Assembly: GCA_019117125.1 (NCBI GenBank)
Contig: DXAL01000055.1
Location: forward strand, 6,104 to 70,103
Source: Candidatus Mediterraneibacter merdipullorum
GTDB taxonomy: Bacteria > Bacillota > Clostridia > Lachnospirales > Lachnospiraceae
Reading direction: 5' to 3'
Length of the DNA stretch: 64,000 bases
Position numbers and translations under genes: made by a program. Position 1 is the stretch's first letter. Every line of letters begins with the position of its first letter. Positions 27,458 through 36,324 of this stretch are shown here, one piece after another. A model generated the notes under the pieces. That model saw nothing but the letters and a program-made list of their open reading frames with translations. It did not search any database and was not told the DNA's origin.

Positions 27458-29125
27458 ATGGAAAACGAAGCTGTTTCAAAGAACTTTATCGAGCAGGAGA
27501 TAGACAAAGACCTGGCGGAAGGCGTCTACGACCATGTGTGCACCCGGTTCCCGCCGGAGCCCAACGGCTACCTGCATATCGGACACGCCAAGTCCATCCT
27601 TCTGAACTATGGTCTTGCAAAGGAGTACGGCGGGACGTTCCACATGCGCTTTGACGACACGAACCCGACGAAAGAGAAGATGGAGTTCGTGGATTCCATC
27701 AAGGAGGACATCCGGTGGCTCGGCGCGGACTGGGGAGACCACCTGTATTTTGCGTCCGATTATTTTGACCAGATGTATGAATGTGCGGTAAAGCTCATCC
27801 GGAAGGGAAAGGCGTTCGTCTGCGACCTCACGGCGGAAGAGATGAGGGAGTACAGAGGCACCCTGACAGAGCCGGGAAAAGAGAGCCCTTACCGGGACCG
27901 CTCCGTGGAGGAGAACCTGCGGCTTTTTGAGGAGATGCGCGACGGAAAGTACGGGGACGGGGAGAAAGTGCTCCGGGCAAAGATTGACATGGCGTCGCCG
28001 AACATCAACATGCGCGACCCGGTCATCTACCGCGTGGCGCATATGACCCACCACAACACGGGCGACAAGTGGTGCATCTATCCGATGTATGATTTCGCGC
28101 ACCCCATCGAGGATGCCATCGAGGGCATCACCCATTCCATCTGCACGCTGGAGTTTGAAGATCACAGACCGCTTTACGACTGGGTCGTGCGGGAGTGTGA
28201 GTTCGAGAATCCGCCCAGGCAGATTGAGTTTGCGAAGCTGTATCTGACCAACGTAGTGACAGGGAAGCGGTATATCAAGAAATTGGTGGAAGAGGGGATT
28301 GTGGACGGATGGGACGACCCGCGCCTGGTGTCCATCGCGGCGCTTCGGAGGCGTGGATTTACGCCGGAGTCCATCAAAATGTTCATCGACCTGTGCGGCG
28401 TGTCAAAAGCCCAGAGTTCGGCAGATTATGCCATGCTCGAGTACTGCATCCGCGAGGACCTCAAGATGAAGAAGCCGCGTATGATGGCGGTACTCGACCC
28501 GATCCGCCTTGTCATCGACAACTATCCGGAAGACCAGGTGGAGTACCTGGATGTGGCGAACAACCTGGAAAATGAAGCTCTTGGCAGCCGCAAAGTTCCG
28601 TTCGGGCGCGAGCTCTATATCGAGCGGGAAGACTTTATGGAAGAGCCGCCGAAGAAATATTTCCGGCTGTTCCCGGGAAATGAAGTGCGTCTGATGCACG
28701 CTTACTTTGTCAGATGCGTCGGATATGAAAAAGATGCGGACGGCAATGTCACTGTTGTCCACTGCACCTATGACCCGGAGACAAAAGCGGGAAGCGGATT
28801 TACCGGAAGAAAGGTAAAAGGGACCATCCACTGGGTGCCGGCGTCCCACGCACAGAAAGCGGAGGTCCGTCTGTACGAGAACCTCATCGACGAGGAAAAA
28901 GGCGTCTATAACAAGGAGGACGGTTCGCTCAACTTAAATCCGGATTCCCTGAAAGTCATCAAAGATGCCTTTGTAGAAACGAGCTTTGACGGATATGGGG
29001 CATATGACAGCTTCCAGTTCGTCCGCAACGGCTACTACTGCATCGACGCCCATGACTCGGCGCCGGAGCATCTGGTGTTCAACCGGATCGTGTCGCTGAA
29101 GAGTTCGTTCCGGCTTCCGAAATGA
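27458..29125 (+). CDS. glnS: Glutamine--tRNA ligase
   Basis: [18 protein letters not shown] (HIGH), HMRFDDTNP, and a VMSKR-type region. 555 aa. RBS AAGGAGGAG at 27447-27455. The longer ORF-track start at 27329 translates through the tRNA and is rejected. Confidence 0.93.
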   Translation: MENEAVSKNFIEQEIDKDLAEGVYDHVCTRFPPEPNGYLHIGHAKSILLNYGLAKEYGGTFHMRFDDTNPTKEKMEFVDSIKEDIRWLGADWGDHLYFASDYFDQMYECAVKLIRKGKAFVCDLTAEEMREYRGTLTEPGKESPYRDRSVEENLRLFEEMRDGKYGDGEKVLRAKIDMASPNINMRDPVIYRVAHMTHHNTGDKWCIYPMYDFAHPIEDAIEGITHSICTLEFEDHRPLYDWVVRECEFENPPRQIEFAKLYLTNVVTGKRYIKKLVEEGIVDGWDDPRLVSIAALRRRGFTPESIKMFIDLCGVSKAQSSADYAMLEYCIREDLKMKKPRMMAVLDPIRLVIDNYPEDQVEYLDVANNLENEALGSRKVPFGRELYIEREDFMEEPPKKYFRLFPGNEVRLMHAYFVRCVGYEKDADGNVTVVHCTYDPETKAGSGFTGRKVKGTIHWVPASHAQKAEVRLYENLIDEEKGVYNKEDGSLNLNPDSLKVIKDAFVETSFDGYGAYDSFQFVRNGYYCIDAHDSAPEHLVFNRIVSLKSSFRLPK

Positions 29126-29172
29126 CAGGACAGGCAGGAAGAGACGGTGACAGGACAGGCAGGAAAAGACGG
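29123..29172. repeat. 25-bp tandem direct repeat x2 (TGACAGGACAGGCAGGA[A/G]AAGACGG-type), 1 mismatch
   Basis: Copy 1 at 29123-29147 and copy 2 at 29148-29172. It fills most of the 64-nt gap between glnS and the MocR-type regulator. Confidence 0.9.
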
Positions 29173-29189
29173 GGTGAGACAGAAATACG

Positions 29190-30593
29190 ATGTATGAACT
29201 GACGCTCAGTCTGAAGCAGGGGGATAAAGTCCCGCTGTATGAACAGATATACGGATATATCAGAGAAGAAATAAGAAAGGGCAGGCTCTCAAGTGGTGAG
29301 AGGCTGCCCTCTACTCGTGCTCTGAGCGCCCATCTCGACGTGAGCAGGAGTACGGTGGAGCTGGCGTATGAACAGCTCCGGTCCGAGGGGTATCTCGAGG
29401 CGCGTCCCTGCAGAGGGTATTATGTGTCGCAGATCGAAGGACTGTATCAGCTCCATCCCCAGAAGCGGGAGGAAAAGTCGGAAGAAAGCGGAGCAGGGCA
29501 GGAGTTCCTCTATGATTTCACGCCGAACGGTGTGGATTTGAACAGTTTCCCCTACAATGTCTGGAGAAAGCTATCGCGGGAATGCCTGGTGGAGGACCGG
29601 GCGGAGCTGTTCCGCCTGGGATGCCCCCAGGGAGAACCGGGGCTGCGAAATGCCATCAGCAGTTATCTGCATCAGGCGAGAGGCGTGGAATGTTCTCCGG
29701 AACAGGTCATCGTCGGCGCGGGAAATGATTATCTGATGATGCTTCTGTGCGCCGTCATCGGCACCGGGCATAAGGTGGCGCTGGAGAATCCCACGTACCA
29801 GCAGGCATACCGGCTGTTCGCAAACCTTTCCTGCGAGGTGTGCACAGTCGATATGGACGGAAGCGGCATGTGTACGGAGAAGCTGGAAGAATCCGGTGCG
29901 GACATCGCCTTTGTGATGCCGTCCCATCACTATCCCCTGGGGACGGTCATGCCCATCCGACGGCGGATGGAGCTGCTGCGCTGGGCGCAGAAGGAAGGGC
30001 GCTATATCATTGAAGACGATTACGACAGCGAGTTCCGCTACAAGGGAAAGCCCATCCCGGCGCTCCAGGGATATGACAGGAACGGAAAAGTCATCTACAT
30101 CGGGACCTTCTCAAAATCCATCGCCCCGGCGATACGGATGAGCTACCTCGTGCTCCCGGAAGGTCTGTACGAACAGTATAAAACGCGCTGCGGATTCATC
30201 AGCTCCACGGTATCGAAAGTGGACCAGATGATTCTGCAGAAATTCATCGAAGACGGCTACTATGAACGGCATCTCAACAAAATGCGCGCCCTCTACCGGA
30301 GCAGGCACGACACCCTCCTCGCACAGCTCAAGGCGGCGGGACGGGATTTTCGCATCTCCGGAGAACATGCAGGCGTACATCTGCTCGTCCATTTCCGGGA
30401 CGGGCGCGGGGAGGAGGAACTGATCCGGCTTGCGGCGGAGAAAGGCGTCCGGGTATACGGTCTGTCCGGGTATTACACAGAAGGGGCGCAGAAAGGAGAC
30501 GAGACGGTGATACTCCTGGGATATGCAAATATGAACGAAGAAAAGATAAAGGAAGCGGTCAGGCTCCTCATGGAAGCCTGGCAGGAAGATTAG
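29190..30593 (+). CDS. MocR/GabR/PdxR-type regulator (GntR wHTH fused to a fold-type I aminotransferase domain)
   Basis: N-terminal PLYEQIY.YIR..I..G.L..G..LPS.R.L...L.VSR.TV..AY..L..EGY. C-terminal about 350 aa is aminotransferase-like with FSKSIAP (PLP Lys). Confidence 0.88.
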   Translation: MYELTLSLKQGDKVPLYEQIYGYIREEIRKGRLSSGERLPSTRALSAHLDVSRSTVELAYEQLRSEGYLEARPCRGYYVSQIEGLYQLHPQKREEKSEESGAGQEFLYDFTPNGVDLNSFPYNVWRKLSRECLVEDRAELFRLGCPQGEPGLRNAISSYLHQARGVECSPEQVIVGAGNDYLMMLLCAVIGTGHKVALENPTYQQAYRLFANLSCEVCTVDMDGSGMCTEKLEESGADIAFVMPSHHYPLGTVMPIRRRMELLRWAQKEGRYIIEDDYDSEFRYKGKPIPALQGYDRNGKVIYIGTFSKSIAPAIRMSYLVLPEGLYEQYKTRCGFISSTVSKVDQMILQKFIEDGYYERHLNKMRALYRSRHDTLLAQLKAAGRDFRISGEHAGVHLLVHFRDGRGEEELIRLAAEKGVRVYGLSGYYTEGAQKGDETVILLGYANMNEEKIKEAVRLLMEAWQED

Positions 30594-30643
30594 CCGGCGC
30601 GGCGCGCTGCCGCCGCCGGGAACGGACTCTGTCCGGATAACAA

Positions 30644-30673
30644 AGAGCGCTGCCGGCATGCCGGCAGCGCTCT
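30644..30673. terminator. Perfect GC-rich palindrome, likely bidirectional terminator
   Basis: AGAGCGCTGCCGG-CATG-CCGGCAGCGCTCT lies between convergent genes. Confidence 0.7.
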
Positions 30674-30690
30674 GTCATCGCAGTTGTATT

Positions 30691-31002
30691 TTATTTCTCT
30701 TTTTTGTCTTCTTTTTCTTCTGTCTTTTCTGTTTCTTCTGCTTCGGAACCGGATTTGGCAGCAGGCTCTTCCGGCGCCTTGACCGCGTCGGCGTCTTTTT
30801 CACTGTCCTCTTTGCTCAGAGAGACGTATTCCCGCTCTGCCGGCTGAAGGTCGGCGTCCAGGTCGAAATCTTCATCTTCTGTAAAATCCGTCTCATTTTC
30901 TCCGGCATCGTCAGCACTGTTCCTGCAGAAATATGCAACGACAAGTCCGATGGCTGCTCCGATCACAGCAAAGATACTGAACCATTTGAACACTTTTTTC
31001 AC
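30691..31002 (-). CDS. Small membrane-anchored, highly acidic protein
   Basis: N-terminal TM (FSIFAVIGAAIGLVVAYF), then a D/E/K-rich tail. RBS on the reverse complement (AGGAGA). Confidence 0.6.
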   Translation of the reverse strand: MKKVFKWFSIFAVIGAAIGLVVAYFCRNSADDAGENETDFTEDEDFDLDADLQPAEREYVSLSKEDSEKDADAVKAPEEPAAKSGSEAEETEKTEEKEDKKEK

Positions 31003-31226
31003 TGTAAAATCTCCTTTCTGTCAGAAGATGTGCTCCGAAAATGAAAAGAGAACATCCCGAATATACTGCCTATTGTAATACTTTTTCGCCGAAAAGACAA
31101 TAGCTGAACGGTTGTTGAAAATAACATTTTACAGAACGGGAATTCTATAGTATAATTCTAACGGCGGCTGTCATGCGGCAGTCTCTGTAATTCAAGTCAC
31201 AAGCACGATACGCAGGAGGAATAGCA

Positions 31227-32507
31227 ATGGTTAAAGCAGTAGTTGGTGCAAACTGGGGCGATGAGGGAAAAGGCAAGATTACCGATATGCTCGGAAAGGA
31301 AGCCGATATCATCGTACGTTTTCAGGGCGGAGCAAATGCAGGGCATACCATCGTGAATGATTATGGCAAATTTGCGTTGCATACACTTCCGTCAGGTGTC
31401 TTTTACGGACACACGACGAGCATCATTGGAAATGGTGTTGCTCTTGATGTGCCGAGACTGTTCGAGGAGATTAAGTCTATCGTGGACAGGGGCGTGCCCA
31501 TGCCGAAGATACTTGTCTCGGAGAGAGCCCAGATGGTGATGTCCTATCACAAGAATTTTGACGCATATGAGGAGGAGCGCCTTGGAGGAAAGTCGTTCGG
31601 TTCCACAAAGTCCGGCATCGCGCCGTTCTATTCGGACAAATATTCAAAGATCGGCTTCCAGGTGAGCGAGCTTTTCGACGACGAACTGCTCAGGGAAAAA
31701 GCGGTCCGTGTGGCAGAACAGAAAAATGTGCTGCTCGAGCATCTCTATCACAAGCCATTGATTGATCCTGATGAACTGTATAAAGAACTGCTCAGCTACA
31801 GGGAAATGGTCGAGCCCTATGTATGCGATGTGTCCCTTTACCTGCACAATGCGCTCAAAGAAGGGAAAAACATCCTGCTGGAAGGACAGCTCGGCTCGCT
31901 GAAAGACCCGGACCACGGCATTTATCCGATGGTAACGTCTTCCTCCACGCTGGCAGCATACGGCGCAATCGGCGCGGGAATCCCGCCCTACGAGATAAAG
32001 CAGATTATCACGGTCTGCAAGGCGTATTCGAGCGCAGTCGGCGCAGGAGCTTTTGTGAGCGAGCTTTTCGGCGACGAGGCGGATGAACTCAGGAGAAGAG
32101 GCGGAGACGGCGGAGAGTACGGCGCTACGACCGGACGTCCGAGACGTGTGGGCTGGTTCGACTGTGTGGCATCCAAATACGGATGCAGGATGCAGGGCAC
32201 GACAGATGTGGCGTTTACCGTCCTCGATGTCCTTGGATACCTGGATGAGATACCGGTGTGCGTCGGATATGAGATCGACGGGGAAGTCACCACAGATTTC
32301 CCGGTTACCCACCTTCTCGAAAAGGCGAAACCGGTCTTCAAGACCCTTCCGGGCTGGAAGACGGATATCCGCGGCATTCGCAAATACGAGGAACTGCCGG
32401 AGAACTGCCGGAATTATATCGAGTTCATTGAGAAAGAGATTGGCTATCCAATCACCATGATAAGCAACGGTCCGGGAAGAGATGACATCATCTACCGCAG
32501 CAGATAA
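31227..32507 (+). CDS. purA: Adenylosuccinate synthase
   Basis: VVGANWGDEGKGKITD (P-loop), FQGGANAGHT, GTTGRPRR.GW. Confidence 0.96.
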   Translation: MVKAVVGANWGDEGKGKITDMLGKEADIIVRFQGGANAGHTIVNDYGKFALHTLPSGVFYGHTTSIIGNGVALDVPRLFEEIKSIVDRGVPMPKILVSERAQMVMSYHKNFDAYEEERLGGKSFGSTKSGIAPFYSDKYSKIGFQVSELFDDELLREKAVRVAEQKNVLLEHLYHKPLIDPDELYKELLSYREMVEPYVCDVSLYLHNALKEGKNILLEGQLGSLKDPDHGIYPMVTSSSTLAAYGAIGAGIPPYEIKQIITVCKAYSSAVGAGAFVSELFGDEADELRRRGGDGGEYGATTGRPRRVGWFDCVASKYGCRMQGTTDVAFTVLDVLGYLDEIPVCVGYEIDGEVTTDFPVTHLLEKAKPVFKTLPGWKTDIRGIRKYEELPENCRNYIEFIEKEIGYPITMISNGPGRDDIIYRSR

Positions 32508-32571
32508 GCAGACGGACACGGAGCGGGAAAAGCGTAAAAGCGTAGACAGAAAACAGATAGAAAACAGACTG

Positions 32572-32629
32572 CAGCAGTCAGGAGCGTTCTCAGCCAGAAA
32601 GGTCAGGATGCTTTGGGCTGCTGTTTTTC
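32572..32629 (+). terminator. Possible purA terminator
   Basis: CAGCAGTC ... GGCTGCTG stem with a long loop, followed by TTTTT at 32625-32629. Confidence 0.4.
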
Positions 32630-32721
32630 TGCCGGAGGGAGCGTCTCTTGCTGCACGGTCATATCTTCTGCGTCGGGCGCATATAATATAAGGCTGAGAT
32701 TCAGAAGAAGGGGGTATTTTT

Positions 32722-32880
32722 ATGCGTCAGGACAGCAGGGAAACGGCAGGCGATGTGATATCGATGGAAGAATACCTGAAAAAGAGACAGGAGACGGCTT
32801 CTTCTGCCGCCGGATGGCGGGCAGAGGAAGAGGACAAGTCTGAATATGCGCTGAGGCTGGCAGAACTGTTACTCATCTGA
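32722..32880 (+). CDS. Possible 52-aa small protein (not in ORF track because it is under 60 aa)
   Basis: AAGGGGG RBS 7 nt before ATG 32722. MRQDSRETAGDVISMEEYLKKRQETASSAAGWRAEEEDKSEYALRLAELLLI. The 3' end overlaps the convergent gene by 12 nt. No convincing -35. Confidence 0.3.
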   Translation: MRQDSRETAGDVISMEEYLKKRQETASSAAGWRAEEEDKSEYALRLAELLLI

Positions 32881-33123
32881 ACGGTCATCCCGGGACTTTT
32901 CTTCGTCCGGAGGGCAGGAATCTGTTCCGCGTCCTTCCAGCAGGCGTGCGGTCATGATAATTGCATACAGAAGGACGGGAATGAGGATGGTGGCTGCTAC
33001 CGCCGCCCGGAAGAGCCCGGATGCCGCGGGGGAATCCATCAGCGCGAAGATGAGAGTTGCCGCGTAGATGCAGATGAGAAGGATGGCGCCGGCAAGCGCC
33101 AGGATGCGTTTGAAATTCTTCAT
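32869..33123 (-). CDS. Small two-TM membrane protein (84 aa)
   Basis: MKNFKRILALAGAILLICIYAATLIFAL...AAVAATILIPVLLYAIIMTA, then a charged tail. The upstream extension of the ORF-track ORF runs into the repeat element. Confidence 0.55.
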   Translation of the reverse strand: MKNFKRILALAGAILLICIYAATLIFALMDSPAASGLFRAAVAATILIPVLLYAIIMTARLLEGRGTDSCPPDEEKSRDDRSDE

Positions 33124-33152
33124 GGGGGTCTCCTTGTCTGTCGGATATTTTT

Positions 33153-33182
33153 GCGCTGCTGTTTTGCTCATATGCAGGCGCG
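33153..33182 (+). repeat. Fragment (3' side of the conserved module) of the interspersed element family
   Basis: GCTGCTGTTTTGCTCATATGCAGGCGC is nearly identical to 33258-33283. Confidence 0.75.
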
Positions 33183-33202
33183 TGAGTACAGTGGAATCGT
33201 CC

Positions 33203-33359
33203 ACAGTTCAGGAGCGCCATTCGCAAAACCGCACTGGCGTGCTAACCGCGGCGTCCGCCGCTGTTTTGCTCATATGCAGGCGCTCAGCCCATGGCTGCAT
33301 ACAATCGCAAAACCATGCGAGCATGGTTTTCGCTCCTGCATGAGCCATGGCTGAACTGT
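33203..33359 (+). repeat. Interspersed TIR-flanked structured element, full copy A (MITE/REP-like)
   Basis: Ends ACAGTTCAG ... CTGAACTGT. The 5' module at 33214-33283 is shared with 43424-43492 and 50603-50656. The 3' half is a long imperfect hairpin. Confidence 0.8.
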
Positions 33360-33460
33360 TAGTCATAGTATACCGAAAATAACGGTTTACGGCAAACAAA
33401 ATTTGTTATATAATAATCACCGACAGATTTTCAGAGAAACAGATAAAGGAGTAATATACG

Positions 33461-33976
33461 ATGAGCGAGAAAAGTTTATTGGACCAGTGGCGGGGCATGG
33501 CATACGACCAGACACAGTCAAGGGACCAGCTTGAAAAATTCTGGGCATCTTATTTCCAGATTGAGAAGAGTATCTATGAGCAGCTCCTCGCAGAGCCGGA
33601 TACGGAAGTAAAAGGAACCGTCAGGGAACTGGCGGAAAAATACGGACAGGACGTCATGACGATGGTCGGCTTCCTGGACGGCATCAACGACAGTCTCGTG
33701 ACAGCAAACCCCATCGAGACAATGACAGAAGATACGGAAGTGAGCCTTGCTTTTGACAAGGAGAAGCTCTACAAGAACATGGTGGATGCGAAGGCGGACT
33801 GGCTGTATGAACTGCCCCAGTGGGAATCCATCTTTGACGAGGAGACGAGAAAGCGCCTCTACAAAGAGCAGAAAGCGTCCGGCACCATCCGCAAGCCGAA
33901 GAAGATAGGGCGGAACGACCCGTGCCCCTGCGGAAGCGGAAAGAAATATAAGAAATGCTGCGGAAGAAACGCTTAA
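33461..33976 (+). CDS. SEC-C motif domain protein
   Basis: C-terminal [18 protein letters not shown] is the SEC-C metal-binding motif. Confidence 0.85.
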   Translation: MSEKSLLDQWRGMAYDQTQSRDQLEKFWASYFQIEKSIYEQLLAEPDTEVKGTVRELAEKYGQDVMTMVGFLDGINDSLVTANPIETMTEDTEVSLAFDKEKLYKNMVDAKADWLYELPQWESIFDEETRKRLYKEQKASGTIRKPKKIGRNDPCPCGSGKKYKKCCGRNA

Positions 33977-34702
33977 ATGAGAGTGTATTTTCTGACGACA
34001 GGTTTTTTGTGCATCCTGTACTATGCAGTACTGGTGTATTATTCGGGAAAACTGAGGTCGACTTTTGCAGTCTTCTGGCTGCTCACAGGCGGCGTACATC
34101 TGGTCATCGGATGTGCGCCGCTTCCTGCATGCGTGTATACAGTCCTGCTTGCGCTCTGTGCGGCAGGATGGGTTTTCTTCCTTCTGGTCGAAGTATGCAT
34201 TATCAGGAGCATGTTCCCGGGGCGTGACAGAGAGGCGGACTGCATCCTCATCCTGGGCGCACAGGTCAGAGGCACGAAGATTACAGATTCGCTCCGGCGC
34301 CGGCTTGAGCGGGCAGCCGGATATCTGGAACAGCATCCCGGGACAAAGGCGGTCGTCTCCGGAGGCCAGGGACCGGGAGAAGAGATTTCCGAGGCGGAAG
34401 CCATGGCAGAGTATCTCATCCGGCGCGGCATCTGTCCGGACCGAATCGAACTGGAAGGAAAATCTACATCCACAAGAGAGAATTTCCGATTCAGCAGGAA
34501 GTATATCGATGCGAGACACAGCCGTGTGGGCATCGTGACAAACGGATTCCATATGTACCGTGCAGTGCTCATCGCGAAGCAGGAGGGATATCAGGAGCTG
34601 TGCAGGATTCCCGCGACCTCGAACCCGGTTTTTCAGGTCAACTATCTGGTCCGGGAATTTTTTGCAGTCATTTCCGTGTGGATACATCATAAAAAGAATT
34701 AA
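33977..34702 (+). CDS. YdcF/ElyC (DUF218) family protein
   Basis: N-terminal TM segments, then ILILGAQV.G......L..RL..A..YL......VVSGGQG..E.ISEAEAM..YL...G....I.LE..S.ST.EN. Confidence 0.8.
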   Translation: MRVYFLTTGFLCILYYAVLVYYSGKLRSTFAVFWLLTGGVHLVIGCAPLPACVYTVLLALCAAGWVFFLLVEVCIIRSMFPGRDREADCILILGAQVRGTKITDSLRRRLERAAGYLEQHPGTKAVVSGGQGPGEEISEAEAMAEYLIRRGICPDRIELEGKSTSTRENFRFSRKYIDARHSRVGIVTNGFHMYRAVLIAKQEGYQELCRIPATSNPVFQVNYLVREFFAVISVWIHHKKN

Positions 34703-34784
34703 AAAAGACAAAAGGAAGGGCGCATAATTCTCCGGCCAGGAGGGCATAATGAATCTGAATCTGTAGAAAGAGGAGGTATTTATC

Positions 34785-35114
34785 ATGCCGGAATTAAAAT
34801 GTACGGTACAGACATGTGTACACAACCAGCAGTTTCTCTGCGACCTTGACAAGATTCAGGTAGGCGGGGAAAACGCGAAGAATCCCCAGGAGACATGCTG
34901 CGACAGCTTTCAGGAGAGAAAGGACGGAAGCTATACCAATTCCGTAAACTCCATGAATACAGCGTCCGACCGGGCGGCAATCGACTGCAAGGCGACGGGA
35001 TGCATGTACAACGAGCAGTGCAAATGTCATGCGGGTAAAATCAGTGTAGAAGGCGGGAACGCGAAGACATGCGACGGTACAGAGTGCGCCACATTCCAGT
35101 GCCACTGCGGATGA
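34785..35114 (+). CDS. DUF1540 domain protein (two repeats)
   Basis: Two copies of C.V..C.HN....C.......V.G......ETCC.SF / TEC.TF. Confidence 0.75.
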   Translation: MPELKCTVQTCVHNQQFLCDLDKIQVGGENAKNPQETCCDSFQERKDGSYTNSVNSMNTASDRAAIDCKATGCMYNEQCKCHAGKISVEGGNAKTCDGTECATFQCHCG

Positions 35115-35123
35115 GGTAAAACC

Positions 35124-35174
35124 GCACAGACAACGGGTTAGACTGTACAGACAACGGGTTAGACTGCACAGACT
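35124..35174. repeat. 21-bp tandem repeat x2.4 (G[C/T]ACAGACAACGGGTTAGACT)
   Basis: Units at 35124-35144 and 35145-35165, partial unit at 35166-35174. Confidence 0.85.
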
Positions 35175-35316
35175 ATGAGATGAAAGAGGAGCTTTTCGGG
35201 GCTGGTTTCCGGCGGGAGCGCCGGGGATGCGTGCCCCGGGAAGCCCTTTTTGTGATTTTAAAGCCAGAACTGACGTCAGGCAGTGAAAAAGTCCGGTCGC
35301 GGTCAGTGAAAACGGA

Positions 35317-35346
35317 TTGACGCACCGGCGGATGTCAGAGTATAAT
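35317..35346 (+). promoter_or_regulatory. Promoter TTGACG-18-TATAAT for metA
   Basis: TTGACG at 35317-35322 and TATAAT at 35341-35346. The leader is only about 30 nt, so there is no room for a riboswitch. Confidence 0.6.
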
Positions 35347-35381
35347 TATCCTACTGCAATAAGATAAAGGGGATAACGAAC

Positions 35382-36305
35382 ATGCCAATCCGAGTACAGA
35401 ACGACCTTCCGGTAAAAGAGATACTGGAACAGGAAAACATATTTGTGATGGACGAATACAGAGCCGCGCATCAGGACATCCGTCCTCTGAGCATCGGGCT
35501 TCTCAACCTGATGCCCCTGAAGGAGGATACGGAGCTCCAGATACTCCGCTCCCTGTCCAACACGCCGATTCAGGTGGATGTGACATTTGTGCGAATGACG
35601 AGCCACGTGTCCAAAAATACATCCACCAGTCACATCTATAAATTCTATGAGCCTTTCGAGAGCATCCGGGATAAGAAATTCGACGGATTTATAATCACGG
35701 GCGCTCCGGTGGAGCAGATGCCCTTTGAAGAGGTGGACTACTGGAAAGAACTGAAGACCATCATGGACTGGACAAAGGAGAATGTCACGTCCACGCTCCA
35801 TCTGTGCTGGGGAGCTCAGGCAGGCATTTATCACCACTTCGGGATAAACAAGACAGACCTGCCGAAGAAGCTTTCCGGCGTATACCGCCACCGGGTCAGG
35901 AACCGCAGGATACCCCTTGTCAGAGGATTTGACGACATTTTCATGGCGCCCCATTCCCGGCATACGGAAGTGCCTCAGGAGCTGCTGGAGGCGGATGAGC
36001 GCATCACCATACTGGCAGACTCCCGGCAGGCAGGCGTCTTTCTGTGCATGGCGCAGGACGGCAGGCAGATATTTGTCATGGGACATCCGGAATATGACCG
36101 GATGACGCTGGATTCCGAATACAGACGCGACATGGGAAGAGGGCTGAACCCGCAGCTCCCGGAAAATTACTACCCGGATGACGACCCGGAGAACAAGCCG
36201 GTCCTTTCCTGGCGGTCCCATGCGAATAACCTTTACACGAACTGGGTCAATTATTACGTATATCAGGCGACGCCGTATGACCTTTACGGAACGCCCCGGG
36301 CGTGA
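35382..36305 (+). CDS. metA: Homoserine O-acyltransferase (MetA family)
   Basis: MPI.V...LP....L..ENIFVM....A..QDIRPL.I..LNLMP.K..TE.Q.LR.L.N.P.QV......; HLCWGAQA. Confidence 0.93.
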   Translation: MPIRVQNDLPVKEILEQENIFVMDEYRAAHQDIRPLSIGLLNLMPLKEDTELQILRSLSNTPIQVDVTFVRMTSHVSKNTSTSHIYKFYEPFESIRDKKFDGFIITGAPVEQMPFEEVDYWKELKTIMDWTKENVTSTLHLCWGAQAGIYHHFGINKTDLPKKLSGVYRHRVRNRRIPLVRGFDDIFMAPHSRHTEVPQELLEADERITILADSRQAGVFLCMAQDGRQIFVMGHPEYDRMTLDSEYRRDMGRGLNPQLPENYYPDDDPENKPVLSWRSHANNLYTNWVNYYVYQATPYDLYGTPRA

Positions 36306-36324
36306 CGAAAGAGGAGGAGAAGAG

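Noticed and set aside
30658-31044. A 128-aa + strand ORF rich in Phe/Cys.
   Set aside because: It is the antisense reading of the acidic (GAA/GAG-rich) minus-strand gene 30691-31002 and has no RBS.
32528-32570. Short local duplications (AAAAGCGT x2; AGAAAACAGA x2) after purA.
   Set aside because: These are very short A-rich repeats within a terminator-proximal spacer. No structure or conservation argument is available.
35175-35381. Looked for a SAM (S-box) riboswitch upstream of metA, and also upstream of metY at 48377-48415.
   Set aside because: None of the conserved S-box elements are visible. The metA leader downstream of the TATAAT is only about 30 nt, and metY starts about 40 nt after the yebC stop. 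Absence was judged by eye only; a cmscan would be decisive.
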